A stretch of DNA of 64,000 bases from Alkalispirochaeta sp. (GTDB taxonomy: Bacteria; Spirochaetota; Spirochaetia; DSM-27196; Alkalispirochaetaceae): the NCBI GenBank assembly GCA_965601925.1, contig OZ271854.1:2080001-2144000 (forward strand), in the 5' to 3' direction. Position 1 is the stretch's first letter; every line of letters starts with the position of its first letter. Of this stretch, positions 34,958 to 42,823 are shown piece after piece. The notes beneath the pieces are model-generated. The model was given only the letters and a program-made list of their open reading frames with translations. It did not search any database and was not told the origin of the DNA. The position numbers were made by a program, and so were the translations under genes.

Positions 34958-36495
34958 GGCGTCTTCTCCTTCCGATCGCCGGTCGCCTCGCCGACGGAAC
35001 CGCCCGCTTCCGTTTGGCCTCGTATGACGGCGTCCACCAGACTGCGGAGCGCCTCGCCGCATTCCGTCCGAATCGTCCCGTACAGACGTTCGTCGTAACC
35101 CAGCGCCGTCATGTTTGCAGGCGCAAAGAGCGCCTCTACATGCGCGTCGGTGAGCACACCTGTGCTCAGCAGAAGACCTTGCAGCGACTCGTTTTTCCGT
35201 GCGGCCTCCAGAAGGAGCGCCTCAATTTCGTCGTATCCGAGAAGCGGTAGAAGAGCCACCGCCTCGGCGTAACCCGAACCGAGGCCCCATTCGCACCGTT
35301 CGCGGTCGGGAACGACGAGTACGATGTAGTCGCTCAATGCACGCAGCGCACCTACGGCGAGGTGGAGAGACTCGTCCACCGTATGCGCGATCGCCGGAAA
35401 GAACGCATTCAGTTCCAATTCGCTCATCGCCGCCAAACGGGCTATCAGCGCGTCGTTGGCGAGTATACGCTCGGCGGCTTGCACGACCGCTTCCGGCACG
35501 ACGGGGTTGATCTTGCCGGCCATGATAGACGATCCGGCGAGGAGCGCCGGAATACGAAACTCTCCGACGGCGGCGCGCGGCCCCGAGGCGAGTAGACGCA
35601 GGTCCGAGGCGATTCGTCTGAGGTCGACCGCGAGACACTTGACGGCTCCCATCGCCTCGACAATCTGGTCGTAGTTACTCGTGGCCTCGACCAAATGCTC
35701 GGCGCGCGTTATCGGATGGTCTACCAGAGACTGCAGGTGTCGTATGACCTGCAACACGTAGCGGCGCGGCGCACCGGCGCCCGTTCCGATCGCCGTGCCG
35801 CCGAGGTTGACCTCTCGGATGCGCTCCCGCGCCTTGAAGCAGCGCCACCGATCGCGTGCGACGGCGTGAGCCCATGTGCCGTACTCGCGCCCCACGTTGG
35901 TAACCAGCGCCTCGCGCAGTTGAGTGCGTGCCGGTTTGAGGATCGCGTCAAAGCGCTCCTCACCATTCTGAAGGTGACCCTGGAGCGTCTCGCACGCCTT
36001 CTCCAGTTCCGCGAAGCGGTCGTGCATCATCAGACGCAGGGCGGTCGGCATCACATCGTTGGTCGACTGGTGAAGGTTTGCGTGGCGATGTGCGTCCGCA
36101 GCGACGTCCGAATCTCCGGCCGCCAGAACGAGCCATTCATTGACCGCCATGTTCGTTGACGTACCGGCACCTCCCTGAAATGCGTCGAGGGGAAGGGCGG
36201 CGCGGATCTCGTCGTCTGACAGGGCGCGCAGTCGGCGGCTCGCTTGGGTCAGCGCCGCAGCGACGGCGTCGTCGAGGTAGCCCAACGCGCCGTTGCACAA
36301 CGCCGCCGCCTCCTTCACGAGAGCGACCGAACGGATGAGACGCGGAGAGACGCGATACGGAGAGAGCGCATACAGCGCCACGGCGCGGATCGTCTCCGAG
36401 GCCGGGTCGTTCACGCGCAACGACGCTTCGCGATTCGCCGTGTCGCGGAGTGGGGCCGCCGTACGATCGATTGCGTCGTTCCCCGATCTCGCCAC
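34954..36495 (-). CDS. aspA: Aspartate ammonia-lyase / fumarase-superfamily lyase
   Basis: QGGAGTSTNM, QSTND, LGGTAIGTG, DLRLLASGPR, GSSIMAGKINP. Confidence 0.8.
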   Translation of the reverse strand: MARSGNDAIDRTAAPLRDTANREASLRVNDPASETIRAVALYALSPYRVSPRLIRSVALVKEAAALCNGALGYLDDAVAAALTQASRRLRALSDDEIRAALPLDAFQGGAGTSTNMAVNEWLVLAAGDSDVAADAHRHANLHQSTNDVMPTALRLMMHDRFAELEKACETLQGHLQNGEERFDAILKPARTQLREALVTNVGREYGTWAHAVARDRWRCFKARERIREVNLGGTAIGTGAGAPRRYVLQVIRHLQSLVDHPITRAEHLVEATSNYDQIVEAMGAVKCLAVDLRRIASDLRLLASGPRAAVGEFRIPALLAGSSIMAGKINPVVPEAVVQAAERILANDALIARLAAMSELELNAFFPAIAHTVDESLHLAVGALRALSDYIVLVVPDRERCEWGLGSGYAEAVALLPLLGYDEIEALLLEAARKNESLQGLLLSTGVLTDAHVEALFAPANMTALGYDERLYGTIRTECGEALRSLVDAVIRGQTEAGGSVGEATGDRKEKTP

Positions 36496-36497
36496 CG

Positions 36498-36881
36498 CTA
36501 CATCGCCCTCGCGTCGGGTTCCGGCGTTATCCGAGCCGGACGGTCCTCTACGACACGGAGACCCGCCTCCATTGCGTCGGAGATACTCGCTTTGTGCAGC
36601 GCCGATTTTACCGATACGCCGGTAAGGGAACCGAGCTTGCCGGTGAGCGATCCGAGGCGGTCGGTGGTCGCGTGTACGATGAGAACCACGATCGACAGGT
36701 GTCCGTCTTCAATGTTCGGTAATCCCAGCCGGCCGATAATGCAGTCCGAGTGGGCGGCGAGAATCTGGTTGAGCCGTGCGCCGTTATGCTCCCGATTCGT
36801 TACGATAATACCGACAAAACCGTAGCGCGGAGTCGGCTGCGGAGACGAGGGGGTGTGAAGGTCATCGGAAGGTGTAGACAT
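36498..36881 (-). CDS. TM1266-family iron-only hydrogenase system regulator (ACT/NikR-C-like)
   Basis: VGIIV...LNQIL...IIGRLGLP...LGSLTGKLGSLTGVSVK inside the hyd operon. Confidence 0.85.
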   Translation of the reverse strand: MSTPSDDLHTPSSPQPTPRYGFVGIIVTNREHNGARLNQILAAHSDCIIGRLGLPNIEDGHLSIVVLIVHATTDRLGSLTGKLGSLTGVSVKSALHKASISDAMEAGLRVVEDRPARITPEPDARAM

Positions 36882-37449
36882 CGTGCCCCTCCCATATCGA
36901 TAGGTCGCGTCGCCACGGCGCAAGCGTCTCCGATGGTACCGAAAGCGCCCTCATGTGCGCCGAAAGCCAATCGGAAAGAGAGCCTCCGGAGACGACCGCG
37001 TCCCGATACGTCGCGCTCAGGGCGCCGGCGGCGTAGGCGTCGAACAGTTCGGTATCGGTACCGAGCGGTCGGCCCACGATCTCCGCGACGCGGTGCAACC
37101 ACTGTGAAGCGCTCGTCGCTCTTTCGGAGTCGGTAGTGTGTCGCCAGATCGAGAGTCGTTCGGCTTCGATCTTGGGGGCCGCCGCGTAGAGCGCATCCTG
37201 AAAAAAATCTATCTCTACCGTGACCGCTGTAGCGCTCATCTGCGCGTCGCCGGCGCTTCGGGTGCGGAACAGGAGCAGCGGCTTGGCAGGGTCGACGAAA
37301 CGGATCACGATACCGGCCGCCTCGGCTTCCTCCGCGGCTTGTGCAAACGAAGGGTTGGGTTGTCGGACGGTCGCCTCTTCGGTGTGACATAAGACGACGT
37401 CTCCGGTAATGCATCGGCGCGCCAATCCGACAAAATCGATCTCATTCAT
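36862..37449 (-). CDS. Hypothetical protein embedded in hyd operon
   Basis: AAGGAGGAG RBS; ATGA overlap with hydE stop; overlaps TM1266 start; 195 aa. Confidence 0.75.
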   Translation of the reverse strand: MNEIDFVGLARRCITGDVVLCHTEEATVRQPNPSFAQAAEEAEAAGIVIRFVDPAKPLLLFRTRSAGDAQMSATAVTVEIDFFQDALYAAAPKIEAERLSIWRHTTDSERATSASQWLHRVAEIVGRPLGTDTELFDAYAAGALSATYRDAVVSGGSLSDWLSAHMRALSVPSETLAPWRRDLSIWEGHDVYTFR

Positions 37450-38642
37450 GGTGTAAGCTCCTCCTTTGCCCGCGACCGATCGCGGCGGTACTCCGTCGCC
37501 GCCGCAGACTCGTCGAATCGCAGTTCTCTTCTTCCTCGATTCCCGTGCGCGGCGTGCGGTGCGTCGCCCCACGAATTGAGCGACACCGGACGCGCCGCCG
37601 CGGCCGCTCGACGGGGCGTGCAGGCCGCACACGCCGAGGAATCCTCGTCGATACACGGCTTTCCGGCGTACAGTTGGTAGTCGCTGCGTCTCCCGCCGGG
37701 GGTGACGATCGGCATCAGGACGTTGGCGCCGAAGGCGAGACCGATCTCCCTCCCCGTCGGAGAGAGTGCCTGCAGCGCCGTCGTCGCGGCGATATTGACG
37801 TCCCTCAAAACGATGCGCGTAAGGGCGATCATACGCAGGGATAACCGTAACCGCTCTGCGGCGGAGAGCGTCGGGAAGAGACCTCGTCTGCGCATCTGCA
37901 CGTCCCCCGGCGGTGGGGAGGCGATGTACGGTCCCATGCCGATCATATCCGCGTCCACGTCCCGAAAAAAGAGTACGTCCCGCGCGAGATCCTCACGCGT
38001 CTGTCCGGGTATCCCGATCATGACCCCAGTGCCCAACTGGTATCCGATCGCCTTGAGATCGCGGAGTGCACGGACGCGCTCCTCCCACCGTTGTCCGGCG
38101 GGGTGCAACCGGCGGAAGAGATCCGGGTTACTCGTTTCGATACGCAGCAGGTAGCGATGAGCACCGGCCTCGAAAAAGCGCTCGTACGTCTCTCGGCTCT
38201 GCTCGCCGACGCACAGGGTTATTCCGAGCCCTTCCGGAAGCTCGGCCGTGCACGTCTCTCGCTTTATGCGCCTGAGGCACCGTTCGACAAACCGGATAAA
38301 GGGCTCATCTCGGCGCTCGCCCGATTGGAGTGTCATCGATCCGTGACCCTGATCGAGGCAGAAACGGGCGGCGGCGATGATTTCCTCCTCACCGAGATCG
38401 AAGCGGTCTACTACGGCCCCCTTGCGAATACCGCAGTAATGGCAGTCGCACCGGCAGCGATTGGAGAACTCAAGCAGGCCCCGCAGGCGTACCTCCGAGC
38501 CGACCTCCGAGCGCATGATCGAGCGCGCTCGGGAAGCCAACGCCGCGTCGCCCCCCGGCGCGTCGCCGCGGAGCCACGCCGCTAGTTGCGATATCTCCGG
38601 CTGCGTTCGGCGGCCGTCATACGTAGAGGTCGCGAGCCCCAT
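37446..38642 (-). CDS. hydE: [FeFe]-hydrogenase maturation radical SAM enzyme HydE
   Basis: RGLLEFSNRCRCDCHYCGIR, RYLLRIETS, GVMIGIPGQ, MIGMGPY, ATTAL, GANVLMP, YQLYAGKPC-x7-CAAC; start uncertain, likely overlapping hydG. Confidence 0.93.
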   Translation of the reverse strand: MGLATSTYDGRRTQPEISQLAAWLRGDAPGGDAALASRARSIMRSEVGSEVRLRGLLEFSNRCRCDCHYCGIRKGAVVDRFDLGEEEIIAAARFCLDQGHGSMTLQSGERRDEPFIRFVERCLRRIKRETCTAELPEGLGITLCVGEQSRETYERFFEAGAHRYLLRIETSNPDLFRRLHPAGQRWEERVRALRDLKAIGYQLGTGVMIGIPGQTREDLARDVLFFRDVDADMIGMGPYIASPPPGDVQMRRRGLFPTLSAAERLRLSLRMIALTRIVLRDVNIAATTALQALSPTGREIGLAFGANVLMPIVTPGGRRSDYQLYAGKPCIDEDSSACAACTPRRAAAAARPVSLNSWGDAPHAAHGNRGRRELRFDESAAATEYRRDRSRAKEELTP

Positions 38643-40122
38643 TGGCGGTACGCTCATAATAGTCCGTGAACTTCTTATGGAGTTTCGGCGTGCGGAAATA
38701 TGCGCCTTCAAACTCCTTGCGTATCAGCGCCTCGCCGATCTCCTTCGTCTCCGGCGTGGCGAAATCGTCGAGCCACTCCCGAAAGGTGAGGATCGCGTTC
38801 AGCTTACAAAAATCGCCCTCGGTACACGATCGCAATAGGCGCATAATGCGCTCCCCGGTACGACCGATTCGGTAGCCGGCGGTGCAGAAACTGGTGATGT
38901 AGCCCATATTTGCCAAATCGCGGACGAGCTCGTCGACCGTCCTCGAATCGCCGAGCATGAACTGTTGTCGCGCCTCTTCCTGCTCGTCGTAGGTCGCGTC
39001 GTACGCACCGAGGCCGATGCGGGTCGACGCATCCATCTGCGTAATGCCGCGCCGGACCGCCTCGTTGCGTACCTCTTTGGACTCCCGAGCGGTGCAGATC
39101 ATACCGGCGTACGGTACCGACAGGCGTAGTACGGTGATGATCTTGAGGAAGTCCTCATCGCTCACCGCGTACTTGCTGTTGCGCGTGCCCGGAGCGTTGT
39201 GCGCCGGCTCCAGACGTGGAAAGCTGATCGTGTGCGGCCCGATGCCGCGCATCGTCTTCTCCAACTCTCGGGTATGGTGAATGAGCCCCATGACCTCGAA
39301 CTTCCAGTCGTAGAGGCCGAAGAGCACGCCGATTCCCACGTCGTCCACGCCCGCTTCCTGTGCGCGGTGCATACAGTAGAGACGCCACGCGTAGTCCGCC
39401 TTGAGGCTCTTGCGGCCGTGAACGCGTCGATACGTATCGTGGTGGTAGGTCTCCTGAAACACCTGGAAGGTGCCGAGGCCGACGTTCTTCAGGCGTTTGA
39501 GGGAGGTGACGTCCAGCGGTGCGGCGTTGACGTTGACCCGGCGGATGTTCGCGTGCCCTTTGCGTGTCGGGACGCGTACGTCGTACACCGCGTTTACGCT
39601 CTCCTCCAGATAATCGATGTCGCTCAAAGGATGTTCGCCGTATACCACGATGAGGCGCTTATGGCCGAACGTGCCGGTAAGCGCGGCCGCCTCGGCGCGG
39701 ATTTCGTCCATCGAGAGACGTACGCGCTGCATCTCGGCGTTCTCGCGGCGGAAGCCGCAGTAGGTGCAACTGTTGATGCAGTGGTTGGACATATACAGCG
39801 GCGCAAAGGTGACGATACGGTTATCGTACGCGCGCAGTTTTATATCGAGGCCGGTCTGGCGCATCTCCTCCAACAGATCGGGATCCTCGACGTGGAGAAG
39901 CGCGGCGGTCTCTTCGGGCTCCAAGGTCTGCATCGCCCGCGATTTGTCGAGGATGGCGCGGATGCGCTGCGGCTCGGGGTTACGCGCCGCTTCCAGCTCT
40001 CGGAATATTTCGTCGTCGTCGATGAAGTCGCGGCCCCGGGAGTCGAGATACGTCTCCACTTCTTCCGGTTTGATGATGGAACGAGCCCACTCCAACTCTT
40101 GAGTTACGGCTGAGATCGCCAT
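38617..40122 (-). CDS. hydG: [FeFe]-hydrogenase maturation radical SAM enzyme HydG (ThiH-like tyrosine lyase)
   Basis: FAPLYMSNHCINSCTYCGF, FQETYH, DDVGIGVLFGL, GPHTISFPR, C-terminal SFCTA..GRTG...C.LNA. Confidence 0.95.
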   Translation of the reverse strand: MAISAVTQELEWARSIIKPEEVETYLDSRGRDFIDDDEIFRELEAARNPEPQRIRAILDKSRAMQTLEPEETAALLHVEDPDLLEEMRQTGLDIKLRAYDNRIVTFAPLYMSNHCINSCTYCGFRRENAEMQRVRLSMDEIRAEAAALTGTFGHKRLIVVYGEHPLSDIDYLEESVNAVYDVRVPTRKGHANIRRVNVNAAPLDVTSLKRLKNVGLGTFQVFQETYHHDTYRRVHGRKSLKADYAWRLYCMHRAQEAGVDDVGIGVLFGLYDWKFEVMGLIHHTRELEKTMRGIGPHTISFPRLEPAHNAPGTRNSKYAVSDEDFLKIITVLRLSVPYAGMICTARESKEVRNEAVRRGITQMDASTRIGLGAYDATYDEQEEARQQFMLGDSRTVDELVRDLANMGYITSFCTAGYRIGRTGERIMRLLRSCTEGDFCKLNAILTFREWLDDFATPETKEIGEALIRKEFEGAYFRTPKLHKKFTDYYERTANGARDLYV

Positions 40123-40153
40123 GAGTACCTCTTTCTGTCGTTGTCGCGTGAAG

Positions 40154-40272
40154 GGTTCCCTGTCCGTTAGGAGTTATCCCTCGGGATCAGTAACGTCCGG
40201 TGCCTCGAGGGTGACCCGTTGCATTCGGCGCACCGAACGCAGATCGACCTCTCAGCATATCTCCATTGAACC
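40154..40272 (-). ncRNA. Candidate structured cis-regulatory leader (TPP-riboswitch-like motifs) upstream of hydG
   Basis: Two strong hairpins, GGUUC/GAACC closing helix, and ordered motifs GCUGAGA, ACCC, CUGAUC, GGAUAA, AGGGAA; not a clean match to canonical TPP. Confidence 0.4.
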
Positions 40273-40293
40273 GCATTAGTGCGTATTAGTCAA
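40265..40293 (-). promoter_or_regulatory. Sigma70-type promoter for hyd operon (TTGACT-N17-TTCAAT) overlapped by tandem ACTAATRCG repeats
   Basis: Near-consensus -35/-10 with 17-nt spacer, AT-rich upstream element. Confidence 0.55.
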
Positions 40294-40706
40294 TAGTTTT
40301 TTATCGATATTTGAGGTGCTGATTTCGGGCGTCGAGCATTGTCGCGGATTTTGCCGGAAAGAACAGCCGGGTCAATTAGCAGGGCGCGTCCCCGGCTGAC
40401 AAACAGACCCGCAGTTCGTAGGTGCGGTTCACTCCGCCGGAGCGGCGGGTGACGGGCGTTTGGCGCGTTTATTGCGCAAGCGAGTGCCGTGTCGAAGCGG
40501 CTCGACCGGTCCGGTGCGATGGTGTACGGCGCACGGCCCTCGAGTCTATACTTGTATCGAAGCGTCGCTTATCGCCGTTGATTGGATTATCGATTCAGAA
40601 AGCTTGGTTTTCCAAGTGACACGGCGCGTAGCTGTGACTGTGGGTTTCAGTTTCCTCATCTCCGTGGATTGCGCACCTTCTTTTCTAAGAAATACCGAGG
40701 AGGGGT

Positions 40707-40766
40707 ATGATGAGACTGATTCCGCAAATCAATCTATCCGGCGCCGCCGCGGAACCGCTCGATGAT
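40707..40766 (+). pseudogene. N-terminal remnant of a VOC/PhnB-family gene
   Basis: Strong GAGGAGGGG RBS, then MRLIPQINLSGAAAEPLDD (resembles PhnB-type 'MxLxPYLxFxGxAxEALxFY'); rest of ORF not protein-like. Confidence 0.4.
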
Positions 40767-40868
40767 CACCGTGTCCGGCGCGCGCCGCGTCGCTCATATC
40801 GATCCGCCCCCTTTGAACGAGAAACCGACTATTCGTATCGAAGTGAGCCATCAAAACGAGCTTTTTGC

Positions 40869-40900
40869 TTGATCATAGGACGTTCGACGTCTTATGATTA
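40869..40900 (+). promoter_or_regulatory. apnL promoter (TTGATC-N18-TATGAT) overlapped by palindromic operator TGATCATAGGACGT-TCG-ACGTCTTATGATTA
   Basis: 12/14 inverted repeat; ATG 5 nt after the -10 box; FadR/GntR gene in the same operon. Confidence 0.6.
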
Positions 40901-40903
40901 GGC

Positions 40904-42571
40904 ATGAGTGGAGCGGAGCTCCGGTCGGGCGAACTGTGGTGCACCATCGACCTCGATCGCGGAGTTGTAACGGCCGTTCACCACGGCCGTGAGAGAGTCG
41001 CATATCGTGTTTATGCGGCGTATCGCGATGCGCGCTGGGGTACACCGACGCCCACTCTCTCGCATGTGGAGCGCAGCGGAAATCGGGCGCAGTTCATCTT
41101 CGACTACGGACGGGAGATCGGGATTCTCGGGAGTTTGACGGTGCACGTAACCCAGACGCAGATGACCGTCGAATATCGAGCATCGATCACGCATACGGTC
41201 AAACGAAATCGCCTCGGTCTCTGCTTGCTTCTTCCGATTTCACTTGCCGGCGCTCCGGCGACTGTGATTACCGACTCGGGACGCCGCGCGTTCGAGTTTC
41301 CCAAGCGCATATCACCGCATCAGCCGTGTGGGGACCTCCGCGGGATTGAGTTCGCAATGGGAGGGTGTATCGCCCGGTTCGATTTCCAGGGCGACCTCTT
41401 CGAGATGGAGGATCAACGCAACTGGACCGACTTCTCGTACAAGGTGTACTGCACGCCCCTTGCTCGCCCCGTTCCGGTCACACTGACGCCCGGAACGGTC
41501 GTGGAACAACGCATTACGCTTACCGTAGCGAGCGCGCCAGACGGAGAGAACGTGCGTGCGGCGACGAGCGACGAAGCGGACGCTCGTACACCCGCTCGAT
41601 TGCCGTTGATCGGCACGCGCCGGCTGGGAGCGCCTCCACCGGACGTCGACATACCGGTTGAATACCTGCGACACGAACTCGGAGCGACGGAATCTCCGTC
41701 GCCGCACCGTGTTCCGCTTCACATCTACTCGTGGTCGGCAACTCCTGATGGTGACGGCGTCCACGAGCCGGGTGATCGCGGGACGAGTGCAAACCCCCAC
41801 ACCGCCGCCCTCGCGGCGATCGTCGGTCGACCGTCGCTCGTGGGAACCGACGGCGCGTTCGCGGAGCTGAATCGGTCCCGCCCCCCCGCTTCTCCGGGGG
41901 GAGACGTCGTATTCACGATTTCGCCGCAGGTCCACGATGTCGATGACGATACGCTGATCGATAACCTCTTGGGAGTCCGCGACGCGATGGAGTCCGCACG
42001 CGCGATCTACCCGGAAACGCCGATCGGAATCGGATTGCTTGAGTTAACGCCGCACTTCAACCCTGCAGCGGGGGACCGGGAGACCAATGCACGCCGGCGC
42101 CGGAAAGATCCGCGTATCGCCGACGGATTCGGCCTTGCGTGGTTGTTCGCGGCACTATGCGAACTCGCGGCATCGGGGGCACGTTTCGTGACCGTCCTGG
42201 ACGAGGCTGGGCCGCACGGGTTCGTGCGCGGCAACACTCTGATTCCCGCCGCCCACCTGCTCTACGACGTGGCGTCTATTCCGGCGGACCGCAGTGTGGA
42301 GGTCCACCGCCGCGCCGACGCACGATCGGATGCGCACTACGCAATGACGTGGGCCGCGGGAGACGAGCGGGTGACACTTGCCGCAAATCTCTCTCCCGCT
42401 CCGTGGCGACTGTCCGCACTCCACGCGGATCGAATGCGTATCGTTACCCGAGCGTACCAACCGGTCGAGGCGGAGACGTTCGAGGAGCATCGAGTCGCGA
42501 CGCTTGTGCCGGCGCCGGAGACCATCGAGCTTCCGCCCGTATCATATCTTTACGCCGGCGGTGATCTATGA
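40904..42571 (+). CDS. apnL: D-apionate lactonase-like protein
   Basis: RDARWGT, NRLGLCLLLP, FPKRISPHQP, FEMEDQRNWTDFSYKVY.PL, FAELNR, PQVHD.DD motifs; next to apnO. Confidence 0.78.
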   Translation: MSGAELRSGELWCTIDLDRGVVTAVHHGRERVAYRVYAAYRDARWGTPTPTLSHVERSGNRAQFIFDYGREIGILGSLTVHVTQTQMTVEYRASITHTVKRNRLGLCLLLPISLAGAPATVITDSGRRAFEFPKRISPHQPCGDLRGIEFAMGGCIARFDFQGDLFEMEDQRNWTDFSYKVYCTPLARPVPVTLTPGTVVEQRITLTVASAPDGENVRAATSDEADARTPARLPLIGTRRLGAPPPDVDIPVEYLRHELGATESPSPHRVPLHIYSWSATPDGDGVHEPGDRGTSANPHTAALAAIVGRPSLVGTDGAFAELNRSRPPASPGGDVVFTISPQVHDVDDDTLIDNLLGVRDAMESARAIYPETPIGIGLLELTPHFNPAAGDRETNARRRRKDPRIADGFGLAWLFAALCELAASGARFVTVLDEAGPHGFVRGNTLIPAAHLLYDVASIPADRSVEVHRRADARSDAHYAMTWAAGDERVTLAANLSPAPWRLSALHADRMRIVTRAYQPVEAETFEEHRVATLVPAPETIELPPVSYLYAGGDL

Positions 42572-42805
42572 GTGCACGAGTCGGTGTCATCGGCGCCGCT
42601 TTCCGCGTGCGGTACCGAGCCGCCGTTCGGCGTCACATCAGGGATGGAAAGGCCACCGCTATCTGGAATCGGACCGCGGAGTACGCCGACGCGCTTGCGG
42701 CGGGGCCGTCGGTTCCGCGCCGCGCTTTTGAGCACAAGCGGCCCTCTACCCACCGCCGAGAGCTTCGCCGCCTACGAGTAGTGCAAAGCGGTGAGACGAT
42801 ATCGC
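42568..42805 (+). pseudogene. Internally deleted Gfo/Idh/MocA dehydrogenase (probable D-apiose dehydrogenase remnant)
   Basis: N-terminal RVGVIGAAF...AIWNRT..ADALA followed almost immediately by frameshifted C-terminal FAAYE*..QSGETIS. Confidence 0.6.
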
Positions 42806-42823
42806 GACAAAGGGGAGGAAACA

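Noticed and set aside
38582..38620. Possible frameshift at hydE start (ATG overlapping hydG stop gives only MTAAERSRRYRN*)
   Set aside because: An in-frame ATG at 38642 overlapping the hydG 3' end explains hydE without a frameshift.
38617..40122. thiH / bioB calls for the two radical SAM genes
   Set aside because: The C-terminal auxiliary-cluster extension, dangler His, and linkage to hydF and TM1266 support hydG and hydE.
40190..40262. Glycine riboswitch or T-box call for the hydG leader
   Set aside because: Only partial glycine-like words (GAGAG, CGCCGAA, AGGCA..GGAC) without GAAGG/CUCUCAGG; no UGGNACC T-box.
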